Shown here piece by piece: positions 1 through 18,717 of a DNA stretch of 32,000 nt. Below the pieces are notes generated by a model. The model saw only the letters and a program-made list of their open reading frames with translations. It had not been told where the DNA came from and did not search any database. The position numbers were made by a program, and so were the translations under genes. The DNA comes from Pseudoalteromonas sp. NBT06-2. Its GTDB lineage: Bacteria > Pseudomonadota > Gammaproteobacteria > Enterobacterales > Alteromonadaceae. Within the stretch, counting starts at the first letter, position 1; each line of letters begins with the position of its first letter. The DNA is taken from NCBI RefSeq assembly GCF_002276045.1, contig NZ_NQMR01000024.1:6313-38312 (forward strand). The letters are read 5' to 3'.

Positions 1-216
1 CAGTTTTTAAGGCAATTTAAAGCCGCAACAGGTATGACACCTCACGCATATTTAAAACGCGTTAGATTGGAGTATGCTAAAAAAGCCTTAGCAAAAGGCT
101 GTAATATGGTTGATATTGCCCACAAAGTAGGTTTTTTTGATCAAAGCCATTTTAATAAAGCTTTTAAAAATGCCTTTTTAATTACGCCATCTCATTTTCA
201 AAAACAGATTAAATAA
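1..216 (+). CDS. AraC/XylS-family transcriptional regulator, C-terminal HTH portion (5' end outside the window)
   Basis: Frame 1 is open from base 1 (QFLRQFKAATGMTPHAYLKRVRLEYAKKALAKGCNMVDIAHKVGFFDQSHFNKAFKNAFLITPSHFQKQIK). This matches the canonical second helix-turn-helix of AraC regulators (G.TP..Y....R...A...L......I..IA...GF.d.ShF...FK...g.TPs.F). Stop TAA at 214-216. Confidence 0.85.
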   Translation, partial: QFLRQFKAATGMTPHAYLKRVRLEYAKKALAKGCNMVDIAHKVGFFDQSHFNKAFKNAFLITPSHFQKQIK

Positions 217-304
217 TTATCAACTCAGCAGATTGCAATAATTTACAATCTTTATCATTGAGTAAAGTGCAAACTTATATCAAATAACTCTTTTAGGCTA
301 AATC

Positions 305-946
305 ATGGAACTACAACTTCTTATTTCACTCGCAGTGATCCACAGCGTTGCACTTGCAAGCCCTGGTCCTGATTTTGCGCTTGTAGTAAAAATGGCAAGT
401 CAAGAACGTTGCAGTACAGCCATTGCATCAGCGGTAGGGATATCGATTGCGATATTAGCGCATACATTATTAAGCTTAACCGGAGTCAGTTTACTTATCC
501 AAAGCTCTCAGATCCTGTTTATTATGGTAAAACTCATTGGTGCTAGCTATTTAGGATGGATGGGGATCGGTGCTATTAAAGCAGCTATAACGCATTGGCG
601 AGATAAACAAATCTCTATTTTTGAAACAGAACAAAAAAACAAACTATCAGTCAAAAAAGGGTTTTTATTGGGGTTTTATACCAATATGTTAAACCCCAAA
701 GCTATGGTGTTTTTTATTACATTATTTTCGACTTTGATCACGCCTAATGTTGCCCTTGAAACAAAAATAGCAGCAAGCTGCCTTTTACTCGTTTTATCTT
801 TAATTTGGTTTATTTTTATCGCTTTTGTTTTGTCTAAACCAATTATACAAAAAGCCATGCAAAAGGCGACACCAAGTATCAACTTAGTTACGGGTGTATT
901 ATTTTTAAGCGTATCAACAATGATAATTTTTGGCCTTATAAATTAA
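305..946 (+). CDS. LysE/RhtB-family amino-acid exporter (six-TM translocator)
   Basis: 213-aa hydrophobic ORF with the N-terminal LysE-family signature (ASPGPDFALVV) and the size and TM layout typical of RhtB/LysE translocators. AGG lies about 10 nt upstream of the ATG. Confidence 0.85.
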   Translation: MELQLLISLAVIHSVALASPGPDFALVVKMASQERCSTAIASAVGISIAILAHTLLSLTGVSLLIQSSQILFIMVKLIGASYLGWMGIGAIKAAITHWRDKQISIFETEQKNKLSVKKGFLLGFYTNMLNPKAMVFFITLFSTLITPNVALETKIAASCLLLVLSLIWFIFIAFVLSKPIIQKAMQKATPSINLVTGVLFLSVSTMIIFGLIN

Positions 947-1007
947 TTTATCAAAATCACGCCTTTAAGTTTACAATTAAACCTGAAAAATTAATTAGGG
1001 CATAAAA

Positions 1008-1907
1008 ATGGATTTACATCAGCTAGATTTAAACTTATTGGTTATGTTTGATGCCTTATATCGTCATCAATCGGTCTCTCAAGCAGCCAATGAAATTTGC
1101 ATAAGTCAGTCAGCTTTTAGTCATGGTTTATCTCGGCTGAGAAAACGCTTAAATGATGAACTCTTTATCCGAACAAATAATGTAATGGTTCCAACTTCTC
1201 GCGCACAAGAAATGGCTCTGCACTTAACAAAGGCCTTGCCATTAATTTCATCAGCCATTAATGAAAGACAAGTTTTCAATCCAAAAACCGATACATCAGA
1301 ATTTAAATTCTCAGCAACCGATTATACTGAATTTAGCCTTTTACCGCGATTAATAGGGAGGGTGAATCATCAAGCACCTAATATAAAACTTAATGCTATT
1401 GGCACTAAAGAACATCACCCTTTAGCTTTATTAGAGAATCATCAAGTAGATTTTGCTTTAGGTTATAGCCACCTTATTGAGAGCTCTTCAACCATAGAGT
1501 CTTTTACTTGGTTACAAGAAAGCTATTGCACAATAGCAAGAACCAATCATCCTGCATTAACAAACGGTCTTGATTTAGATACTTTTTTATCTTTATCTCA
1601 TGTAAGAGTATCGCCTTGGGGAGAAAAATCAGGTGTCGTTGATGATGTACTCGCAAAACAAAAACTCAGCCGTAGTGTTGCACTTCAACTACCCAGTGTT
1701 TTAGTGGCACCTCATACGGTTTTACATTCAGATTTATTATTAACAATTCCAAGAACGATTGCTGAACAACTATCTAGCCAAATAAACATTCAAATATTTG
1801 AAATACCGATTGATATCCCTAACTACCATTTAAATATATATTGGCACAAAATTAACTCAGCTAAACCAAGCTTTAAATGGGTTAAACAACAAATTTTGAG
1901 CCTATAA
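1008..1907 (+). CDS. LysR-family transcriptional regulator
   Basis: 299 aa. The N-terminal winged HTH (LDLNLLVMFDALYRHQSVSQAANEICISQSAFSHGLSRLRKRLNDELFIRT) is typical of LysR-type regulators. It is followed by a substrate-binding-domain-sized C-terminus. Confidence 0.9.
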   Translation: MDLHQLDLNLLVMFDALYRHQSVSQAANEICISQSAFSHGLSRLRKRLNDELFIRTNNVMVPTSRAQEMALHLTKALPLISSAINERQVFNPKTDTSEFKFSATDYTEFSLLPRLIGRVNHQAPNIKLNAIGTKEHHPLALLENHQVDFALGYSHLIESSSTIESFTWLQESYCTIARTNHPALTNGLDLDTFLSLSHVRVSPWGEKSGVVDDVLAKQKLSRSVALQLPSVLVAPHTVLHSDLLLTIPRTIAEQLSSQINIQIFEIPIDIPNYHLNIYWHKINSAKPSFKWVKQQILSL

Positions 1908-2040
1908 ACTTAGCTTTACGTATGAATGATGATTTTAAATTCACGATAAAGTCAAGGTGATTTAACTTGGCCTAAAAGTACAACATATCCTAATTATAAT
2001 GATGTAAAAAAATTTGATTCATTTTTGATTAGCCACTAAT

Positions 2041-2049
2041 TGTTATAAT
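2041..2049 (+). promoter_or_regulatory. Candidate extended -10 promoter element (TGtTATAAT) for the M20 peptidase gene
   Basis: TGTTATAAT at 2041-2049 matches the TGnTATAAT extended -10 consensus exactly. No well-spaced -35 is present, and extended -10 promoters do not require one. It sits about 30 nt upstream of a GGAG Shine-Dalgarno at 2080-2083. Confidence 0.35.
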
Positions 2050-2088
2050 ATGACTATTTCTACATTTCATTTATGTTTTGGAGCACCA

Positions 2089-3585
2089 GTGTTTAAAAAA
2101 TTAGCTTTGTTATCATGTTTATTAACCCCTTTAATGAGTCAGGCACAAAAAGTCAGTCCTATTTCTCAAAGTACAGCTGATTATGCGGTAAAGACCTATC
2201 AACACGATATGGTACAAAGCTTAAGAAAATTGATTAAACACAATACGGTTGCTAAAGAGGGTACGCCATCTACAAAAAATCCAACACATATCGCATTTAA
2301 AAAAGAACTAAAAAAACAAGCTTTAGCCTTAGGATTAGATTTTGAAGATCATGGTTATGTTGCCATAGTTGGGCTAGGTAAAAGTACTGAACGTGTTGGT
2401 ATTATTACTCACGGTGACGTGCAACCTGTTAATCCTGCTAAATGGGTAAAATCGCCATTTGAGTTAGACTCAACATCACAACCCGGAAAATTAATAGGTC
2501 GCGGTACAGAAGACGACAAAGGCCCTATCGCAACAGCTATGTATGCTATGAAGGCAATTAAAGACAACAACATAAAACTAAATAAACGTTTAGAACTTTA
2601 TGTCTATATGGCTGAAGAAAGTGATTGGGAGCCATTAAAAGAATTTATAAAACAGAATAGTTTACCTCAAACCAATATTACTATTGATGCATCATACCCT
2701 GCTGTAATAGCAGAAAAAGGTTGGGGCATGTTAAAAATGACCTTTCCTAAAAATGACATTAACAGCACTAGGCCTTATTTAAGTGCTTTTACTGGCGGTT
2801 TGTTTGGTAGTCAAATTCCTGAAGATGCTCAAGTTGTAATAGAAAATGCAACCCCATTTATTGTTAAACACATTCAACAAATTGCAGCTAAACACCCTAA
2901 AATAAAATACAGCTATCAATGGCAGAACAAGCAATTAACCATCACCGCTTTAGGTAAATCTGCACATTCATCCCAACCAGATGAAGGCTTAAATGCCATT
3001 ACACATCTAGCTGAACTTTTATCATTTAAACATTGGCCGAATAGTACAAGCGGCGCTTTAGTTAATTTTATCAATGACAATTTAGGTACTGATCTATACG
3101 GTGAAAAATTTGGTGAAATTAGCTATGAAGATACTTTTATGGGAAAAATGACTGTATCTCCTACGGTTTTAAAACAGCTAGATGACGGTATACAACTTAA
3201 TATCAATATTCGTAGACCAAAAGGAAAAATGACTGGTGTACTTGAGCTAGAAATACAACAAGTATTAGCGCAATGGCAAGCTAAAAATAAAGTGACGTTA
3301 TTAAATTTTGAAAGTGAAATAGAAGAACCCTTTGTACAAGAGAATGCACCACATATAGATACTTTATTAAATGTATTTTCACATTATACTGGCATTAAAA
3401 ATCCAAAACCAATATCTATTGGCGGCGGCACTAACTCAAGATTATTTCCTAATGCAGTCAGTTTCGGCCCCTCAATGCCAAACGCTGAATACACTGGTCA
3501 TTCTGAGCATGAATTTATAACCATGGAACAATTCATACTAAACCTAAGAATGTATACTGCAGTGATGATTGAGTTGGCAAAATAA
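2089..3585 (+). CDS. Secreted M20-family metallo-dipeptidase (Sapep/PepV-like)
   Basis: M20 metal-ligand motifs are present: ITHGDVQPV and GRGTEDDKGP. The dimerisation/lid-domain length is typical. I place the start at GTG 2089 rather than the track's ATG 2050 because GGAG lies 5 nt upstream. The resulting N-terminus MFKKLALLSCLLTPLMSQAQ is a clean signal peptide, and the ATG at 2050 abuts the TATAAT box. The stop is unambiguous. Confidence 0.85.
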   Translation: MFKKLALLSCLLTPLMSQAQKVSPISQSTADYAVKTYQHDMVQSLRKLIKHNTVAKEGTPSTKNPTHIAFKKELKKQALALGLDFEDHGYVAIVGLGKSTERVGIITHGDVQPVNPAKWVKSPFELDSTSQPGKLIGRGTEDDKGPIATAMYAMKAIKDNNIKLNKRLELYVYMAEESDWEPLKEFIKQNSLPQTNITIDASYPAVIAEKGWGMLKMTFPKNDINSTRPYLSAFTGGLFGSQIPEDAQVVIENATPFIVKHIQQIAAKHPKIKYSYQWQNKQLTITALGKSAHSSQPDEGLNAITHLAELLSFKHWPNSTSGALVNFINDNLGTDLYGEKFGEISYEDTFMGKMTVSPTVLKQLDDGIQLNINIRRPKGKMTGVLELEIQQVLAQWQAKNKVTLLNFESEIEEPFVQENAPHIDTLLNVFSHYTGIKNPKPISIGGGTNSRLFPNAVSFGPSMPNAEYTGHSEHEFITMEQFILNLRMYTAVMIELAK

Positions 3586-3945
3586 AATATAACAAAAAAG
3601 AAAATAATCTTATCGCAAGAGAATTATCTTTAGGAAGGCTAGATACTGCAACTAACATAAATACCTTAGAGCAAGTTAAAAAAGGTTATTTATCACAACC
3701 CGTATTCAGATACTCTAATGTTGCAGTGTCACTTAAACGTAAAAACATCATACTTAAAAACATATCCCAACTCAGTAAGGTTTCCGTAGCCTCATTTCAA
3801 GATACTAAAGAGTTTTTTGGCGATAACTATAAAAACAGTTACTAAAAACCCTAATTATTATTAACACTTACATATGAATGCTTTATTAATGCAACTTGCG
3901 AAAAACAGAGTGGATGTAGTTATTATGGATAAAAATATTATTTAA
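3586..3945 (+). pseudogene. Decayed family-3 periplasmic solute-binding protein (amino-acid ABC-type SBP) remnant. The N-terminal third is missing and there is one frameshift.
   Basis: There is no start codon. Frame 3 is open at 3585-3845 and reads ...LGRLDTATNINTLEQVKKGYLSQPVFRYSNVAVSLKRKNIILKNISQLSKVSVASFQDTKEFFGDNYKNSY*. Frame 1 at 3874-3945 then reads MNALLMQLAKNRVDVVIMDKNII*. Together these give the SBP_bac_3 pattern (L..GRxD.a...t..R......S.P.......v.......i....dL.g..V.........f....; then a..mL..gRvDavi.D). They are split across two frames and lack the first ~90 aa. Confidence 0.45.
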
Positions 3946-4163
3946 AGCACTGTTAAAGATCAAAGGAAACGGTGAATACTAAGCTATTTATGACGCTTAC
4001 TTATCAAAAAATCAACCTCTCTTTCATTTACAAACATTTGCAATTAAAATCCACACTTACCCAATACAAAAACACAGAGGCATTCTTATTTAGTTTCAAA
4101 CACGATATAGTTAATTTACTTAACTTTTCTAAATCGTTTAGGTCAAACTTCAAAAGGAATATC

Positions 4164-6941
4164 ATGGATATATCAAAAAGAACCAGACTAGCAGCGGCAC
4201 TATCGCTGGCTTTTATGACTACAGCATGTGTTTCAACAAATGATACTGCAAATACAACAACTAAGTCAGAAAACTCAGTAGCTAAAGACATTGTTAATTT
4301 ATCTTATAATGAATTCAAACTTAACAATGGCTTACGTGTTGTTGTGCATGAAGACCGTAAAGCACCAATTGTGACTTTAGGTGTTTGGTATCATGTTGGT
4401 TCTAAGAATGAACCACAAGGCCGCACAGGTTTTGCTCATTTGTTTGAACATTTGATGTTTAATGGCTCAGAAAATGCTAACGAAGATTATTTTAAACCTT
4501 TGCAAGAAATTGGTGCTACAGGCTTAAATGGTACAACTTGGTTTGACCGTACAAACTACTACCAAACAGTGCCTACTTCAGGATTAGATATTGCCCTTTG
4601 GATGGAATCAGACCGTATGGGTCATCTAGAAGGTGCGATTTCTCAAGATAAATTAGATGAGCAGCGTAAAGTTGTACAAAACGAAAAACGTCAGAGTGAT
4701 AGCGCCCCTTATGGCATGTCTGAATATCGTATTCTAGAAGGTTTATTCCCTGCTGGCCACCCTTACAGACATTCAACTATTGGTTCAATGGCTGATTTAG
4801 ATGCCGCTTCTCTTGATGATGTTAAGTCTTGGTTTGCTAAATATTATGGTGCCGCAAATACAGTTGTTGTTTTAGCGGGTGATATTGACGTTGAAACTGC
4901 AAAAACAAAAGTAGAAAAATACTTTGGTGATATCGCATCGGGTGATCCATTACACCATATGACATCTATGATCCCTGAACGCACAGTTAATATCTCAGAA
5001 GTCATGTACGATAATGTATCGCAAACCCGCATTACATGGAATTGGGCAGTACCTGGACGCACAACAAAACAAGCAACAGAGCTATCGCTAGCAGCTGCAA
5101 TTTTAGGCCAAGGAAAAAGTTCACGCCTTTATAAAGAATTAATCCATAAAAACCAGTCAGCCACCGATGTTCACGCCTCTTTAGACAGACATGAACTGGC
5201 AAGTACTTTCTCTATTTCAGTTACCTTAAAGTCTGGCGGTAATGCTGAAGAAATGGAAAAAATGGTCAATAATATTTTAAATGAATATTTAAAAAAAGGC
5301 CCTACAGAAGCTGAACTGGCTCGAATTAAGACCGTTATCAATGGTGGCGTAATTCGCTCATTAGAATCGATTAGCGGTAAAGCGAGTACATTAGCACAAG
5401 GTGCACTGTATGCCGGCAACCCTAACTTTGTTAATACTAGACTAAAATGGATTGAAAACTCAAAACCAGCTGATATTCAAGCAACCACTAAAGAATGGCT
5501 TTCAGATGGACACTACAAACTAACAGTAAAACCATTTGGTAAACATACAGTCGCTAAAACGGGTGCTGATCGTAGCAAACGCCCTGAAATGACAAGTGCT
5601 AAAAAGCTTTCTTTACCCGATGTGCAAACAGCTAAGCTTTCTAACGGTATAGAAGTATTTTTATCAGAGCGACACAGCGTGCCAGTAGTTGAAATGAGCA
5701 TAATTTTTGATGGTGGTGATGCTGCTAACGTAAAAAATAAAACGGGTTTAGCTTCTTTCACTTTAGGTATGATGAACGAAGGTACTAAGTCGCTTTCTTC
5801 ATTAGAGCTAGCTGAAAAACAAGAACTATTAGGTGCAAAAATCGGCGCGAGTTCTTCTCGAGATATATTCAGAGTCAATGCTTCAGTACTTAAGTCTAAC
5901 TTAGCTGCATCTGCTGACTTATGGGCCGATGTTGTGATAAACCCAGCATTTAATACTGAGGATTTAAAACGCGATCAACTCTTAACAATAGAAGATATCA
6001 AAAAAAGTCAAAACAATCCGCAATCAATCGCTTTTAATGTTTTACTACCAGCACTCTACGGCAGTGAGCATTCATACGGCTTCCCTAGCTCGGGCACTGA
6101 AGCGTCAGTAATGTCATTTACTACCAATGATATGGAACAATTCCATAGCGCGTGGATCAGACCTGACAACGCAAAAATATTCGTAGCTGGTGATACGACT
6201 TTAGCAGAAATAACTGAGCAACTTGAAGCCTCTTTTGGTACTTGGCAAGCACCACAAGCGGATAAAGGAAGTAAATCATTTAAGCCAGTAGCCTTAGCTA
6301 AAAAACCGAAAGTAATCTTAATCGATCGTCCTAACTCACCACAAAGCATGATAGTTTCAGGTCACTTAATACCCTCATCAGGTGAAGCTAATCATTTAGA
6401 ACTAGAAACAATGAATGGTTTATTAGGTGGTACTTTCACAGCGCGTATGAATATGAATTTACGTGAAGATAAAGGCTGGACATACGGCGCTTATACTGGT
6501 ATCTCTACTGCTCGCGGACAACGTATTTGGTATAATTACGCACCAGTACAAAGTGATAAAACAGCTGATGCGATAAATGAAATAATTGGTGAAATCACAC
6601 GTTATAGAAGTACGAAACCAGCAACACAGGCCGAACTTGATTTATTTGTTAAAAGCAAAACATTAACATTACCCGGTAAATTTGAGCAAGCTAAAACAGT
6701 GTTAGGCCATATGGTTAGTAATAACAACCTACGACGTCCACAAAAGTCTGCTGAATCACTGCAACGTAAATACGACAACATGACGCCAAAAATGATGGCT
6801 GATCTGGCTAAATCAGCATTTGATCCAAATGCCATGGTTTGGGTTATAGTAGGTGATTTAAATAAAATTGAAGCCGATGTTAAAAAATTAAACTTAGGCG
6901 ACGTAGAAATTTGGGATACTGAAGGTAATAAACTTCGTTAA
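4164..6941 (+). CDS. M16-family zinc metalloprotease (pitrilysin/PqqL-like, two fused M16 units), predicted lipoprotein
   Basis: Inverted zincin motif HxxEH is present (GFAHLFEHLMFNGSEN). A second, inactive M16 unit occupies the C-terminal half. I place the start at ATG 4164, which is preceded by AAGGA at 4154-4158. This gives MDISKRTRLAAALSLAFMTTAC, a lipoprotein signal with a lipobox Cys. The track's GTG at 3972 would add 64 non-signal residues. Confidence 0.9.
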   Translation: MDISKRTRLAAALSLAFMTTACVSTNDTANTTTKSENSVAKDIVNLSYNEFKLNNGLRVVVHEDRKAPIVTLGVWYHVGSKNEPQGRTGFAHLFEHLMFNGSENANEDYFKPLQEIGATGLNGTTWFDRTNYYQTVPTSGLDIALWMESDRMGHLEGAISQDKLDEQRKVVQNEKRQSDSAPYGMSEYRILEGLFPAGHPYRHSTIGSMADLDAASLDDVKSWFAKYYGAANTVVVLAGDIDVETAKTKVEKYFGDIASGDPLHHMTSMIPERTVNISEVMYDNVSQTRITWNWAVPGRTTKQATELSLAAAILGQGKSSRLYKELIHKNQSATDVHASLDRHELASTFSISVTLKSGGNAEEMEKMVNNILNEYLKKGPTEAELARIKTVINGGVIRSLESISGKASTLAQGALYAGNPNFVNTRLKWIENSKPADIQATTKEWLSDGHYKLTVKPFGKHTVAKTGADRSKRPEMTSAKKLSLPDVQTAKLSNGIEVFLSERHSVPVVEMSIIFDGGDAANVKNKTGLASFTLGMMNEGTKSLSSLELAEKQELLGAKIGASSSRDIFRVNASVLKSNLAASADLWADVVINPAFNTEDLKRDQLLTIEDIKKSQNNPQSIAFNVLLPALYGSEHSYGFPSSGTEASVMSFTTNDMEQFHSAWIRPDNAKIFVAGDTTLAEITEQLEASFGTWQAPQADKGSKSFKPVALAKKPKVILIDRPNSPQSMIVSGHLIPSSGEANHLELETMNGLLGGTFTARMNMNLREDKGWTYGAYTGISTARGQRIWYNYAPVQSDKTADAINEIIGEITRYRSTKPATQAELDLFVKSKTLTLPGKFEQAKTVLGHMVSNNNLRRPQKSAESLQRKYDNMTPKMMADLAKSAFDPNAMVWVIVGDLNKIEADVKKLNLGDVEIWDTEGNKLR

Positions 6942-6959
6942 CCAAAAAACATAAAAAAA

Positions 6960-7000
6960 GGGGTCAGAGTACATTAATTTAATGTACTCTGACCCCTTTT
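6960..7000. terminator. Bidirectional rho-independent terminator between the convergent M16 and ptrB genes
   Basis: Perfect long inverted repeat GGGGTCAGAGTACATTAA / TTAATGTACTCTGACCCC. It is flanked by an A-run (6952-6959) and a T-run (6996-7001), so it can terminate transcription in both directions. Confidence 0.85.
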
Positions 7001-7002
7001 TA

Positions 7003-9072
7003 TTATGCGTTAGTTAAACTAATAAAAAATGCCATTTCTAACGCTTTTTCTTTTAGGCTTTTAAAACGACCTGATGCACCACCATGACCGGCATCCATAT
7101 CTGTTTTGAATATTAAAACATTATCATCTGTTTTATATTCTCGCATTTTTGCTACCCATTTCATTGGCTCCCAGTATTGTACTTGTGAGTCGTGTAAGCC
7201 TGTAGTAACTAGAATATTGGGGTAAGCTTGTGGTTTGATATTATCCATAGGCGAATAGGCTAAAATCGTATCGTAATCCTCTTTTTCATTTGGATTACCC
7301 CATTCATCATATTCATTTGTTGTTAGTGGAATACTTTCATCTAACATAGTGGTTAATACATCTAAAAATGGCACATGGCAGCCAATGCCTTTATAAAGTT
7401 CAGGAGCTTGATTTACAACTGCTCCCATTAATAAACCGCCAGCACTACCGCCCGATGCAAAGACTTTATTTTCAGCGCCATAACCTTGTTCTACTAATGT
7501 TTTTGTAACATCAATAAAGTCATTAAAGGTATTTTGTTTAAACTGTTTTTTACCATTATCGTACCAATCACGACCTAACATTTCTGAACCTCGAATATGC
7601 GCTATAACATATACAAAACCGCGATCTAATAAGCTTAATGCACTACTTGAAAAGTTTGGATCGATTGTGAAGCCATACGCACCGTACCCGTATTGAAATA
7701 ATGGATTTGTACCATCTTTTTTGAATTTTTCTTTATGATAAACGATAGATACAGGTACTTGAGCACCATCTCTCGACTCAATAAATAATCGCTCTGAACC
7801 ATATTTATCGGCGTTAAAGTCACCTAATACTTTTTGTTGTTTAAGTAATTTCCGTTCACCAGTATTTAAATCAAATTCAAATAATGAACCTGGCGTAGTT
7901 AAGCTTGAATAATACAATCTTGCTGTTTCACTACCTGGTTCTGGATTATCGCCCACAGCAGCATAATAACAAGGATCGTTAAATTCTAAAGGGTATTTAG
8001 TACCATCTTTTTTATAAACGACAAAACGAATTTGGCCAAGCTCTCGCTCAGTCACTACCATAAAGTTATTGAATAACTCTACACCTTCAAATAATACGTT
8101 TTCTCTATGAGCTATACATTCCTGCCATTGATTTTTATCATAAATGGTATCTTTATTCGCAGTCATTAACCTGAAGTTTTTAGCCTGCCAATTGGTTGTG
8201 ATATAAAAAGTATCATTTAATTTATTGATATCAAACTCATGCTTTTCTTCACGCTCAATGACTTGAGTAAAATCGCCATCAGGCGTATTTGCATCTAATA
8301 TCCAAGTATCACTACTTTCGGTCGATTCAAGATCAATAAAAATTAAACTCTCATCACGACTTTTACCTAGACCCATATAATAACTACGGTCATCTTCTTG
8401 ATAAACTAAAATATCATCGGTTTGCGCAGTACCTAATTTATGGCGATAAACTTCAAAACCTAATAAAGTTTTGAGGTCTTTTTTAACGTAATAAATGGTT
8501 TTATTATCATTAGCCCAAACAGTTTGGCCTTCGGTATTTTCTAATACATCAGTTAAATATTCGCCCGAGTTAATATCTTTAAAACGTATGGTATAAATAC
8601 GACGCCCATCTGTATCTTCACTATATGCTAAAATTTCATCATTTTCGCTTATAGATATATCACCTAGCTCATAAAACTCATAATCACTGGCAAGCTGATT
8701 GACATCTAACAATAAAAGCTGGTTATCCCCCTCAAAACTTGTTGTTCTGTAATAGCATGCAAATTCATCATCACCACTTACCGTACTGTGATACCAAAAA
8801 TCACCATCACGTACTGGCACTGTGCTGTCATCTTTTACAATGCGGCCTTTAAGTTCTTCAAAAATCTTATCTTCTAATGGTTTTTGGCCAGCTAAAACAT
8901 AATCACAATAATCATTTTCAGCTTTTAAATGTGCAAGAACGTCTTCATTTTGACGCTCATCATCACGCATCCAATAATAGTTATCATCTCTTTGGTGATT
9001 ATGGTGAGTCATTAAATATGGTGATTTTTTTGCGATCGGCGCTTTAGAAGTTTCAGATATTTTTTCAGACAC
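7003..9072 (-). CDS. ptrB: Oligopeptidase B (protease II), S9A prolyl-oligopeptidase family
   Basis: 689 aa. The N-terminus PIAKKSPYLMTHHNHQRDDNYYWMRDD aligns with E. coli PtrB ([27 protein letters not shown]). It has a beta-propeller-sized middle region, the catalytic Ser motif GGSAGGLLMG and the His motif DAGHGG. The start codon is GTG (9070-9072). No signal peptide. Confidence 0.9.
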   Translation of the reverse strand: MSEKISETSKAPIAKKSPYLMTHHNHQRDDNYYWMRDDERQNEDVLAHLKAENDYCDYVLAGQKPLEDKIFEELKGRIVKDDSTVPVRDGDFWYHSTVSGDDEFACYYRTTSFEGDNQLLLLDVNQLASDYEFYELGDISISENDEILAYSEDTDGRRIYTIRFKDINSGEYLTDVLENTEGQTVWANDNKTIYYVKKDLKTLLGFEVYRHKLGTAQTDDILVYQEDDRSYYMGLGKSRDESLIFIDLESTESSDTWILDANTPDGDFTQVIEREEKHEFDINKLNDTFYITTNWQAKNFRLMTANKDTIYDKNQWQECIAHRENVLFEGVELFNNFMVVTERELGQIRFVVYKKDGTKYPLEFNDPCYYAAVGDNPEPGSETARLYYSSLTTPGSLFEFDLNTGERKLLKQQKVLGDFNADKYGSERLFIESRDGAQVPVSIVYHKEKFKKDGTNPLFQYGYGAYGFTIDPNFSSSALSLLDRGFVYVIAHIRGSEMLGRDWYDNGKKQFKQNTFNDFIDVTKTLVEQGYGAENKVFASGGSAGGLLMGAVVNQAPELYKGIGCHVPFLDVLTTMLDESIPLTTNEYDEWGNPNEKEDYDTILAYSPMDNIKPQAYPNILVTTGLHDSQVQYWEPMKWVAKMREYKTDDNVLIFKTDMDAGHGGASGRFKSLKEKALEMAFFISLTNA

Positions 9073-9223
9073 TAAAAGCTAGTCCATTAATAAAATAAGT
9101 ATGGCTTGAGTTTACCCCATTAAATATGTGACTGCACTACTAAGCGACAAGCACGAAAGACTAACTATTTAACCTTATTGAATAATCAGGTTAAAAAAAT
9201 TTAATCATTTACGCGCATTTTTA

Positions 9224-9253
9224 TTGAAAATTAGCGGCAAATTATGATATTAA
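9224..9253 (+). promoter_or_regulatory. Candidate sigma70 promoter for the GH2-GH63 operon
   Basis: TTGAAA (9224-9229), an 18-nt spacer, then TGaTATTAA (extended -10-like, 9245-9253). It lies about 45 nt upstream of the GH2 ATG. Match by eye only. Confidence 0.3.
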
Positions 9254-9270
9254 TCTACTTATTATATTAA

Positions 9271-18606
<9,336 letters not shown>

Positions 18607-18717
18607 AAGCTTAATACACCTGACATTGTAATGATAAATTATGAGTTCTTTGTGTAATCATAAATAATACTAATATGTAAGTTAACAATCTTAATAATAA
18701 TGTTTGTAATGACAGCA

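Noticed and set aside
231-250. Imperfect dyad GATTGCAATAATTTACAATC upstream of the LysE gene, considered as a LysR/AraC operator
   Set aside because: It has only 4-5 bp arms with a mismatch in AT-rich DNA, so chance occurrence is likely. The LysR gene is downstream and not divergent, so the classical LysR box position does not apply.
676-882. 68-aa minus-strand ORF inside the LysE gene
   Set aside because: It is antisense to a well-supported membrane-protein CDS and has no family signature. Shadow ORF.
4028-6835. Series of minus-strand ORFs (4028-4291, 4573-4776, 4844-5062, 5171-5419, 5513-5878, 6056-6349, 6602-6835) inside the M16 protease gene
   Set aside because: All lie antisense to a long, motif-supported CDS. 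They have no recognisable motifs, and their composition is the complement-strand bias of the real gene. They are shadow ORFs.
9168-9200. Hairpin TAACCT-N12-AGGTTA followed by an A-run in the ptrB/GH2 divergent intergenic region
   Set aside because: The A/T tract is on the wrong side to act as a terminator for either strand. No gene ends here, and the stem is short. Not reported as a feature.
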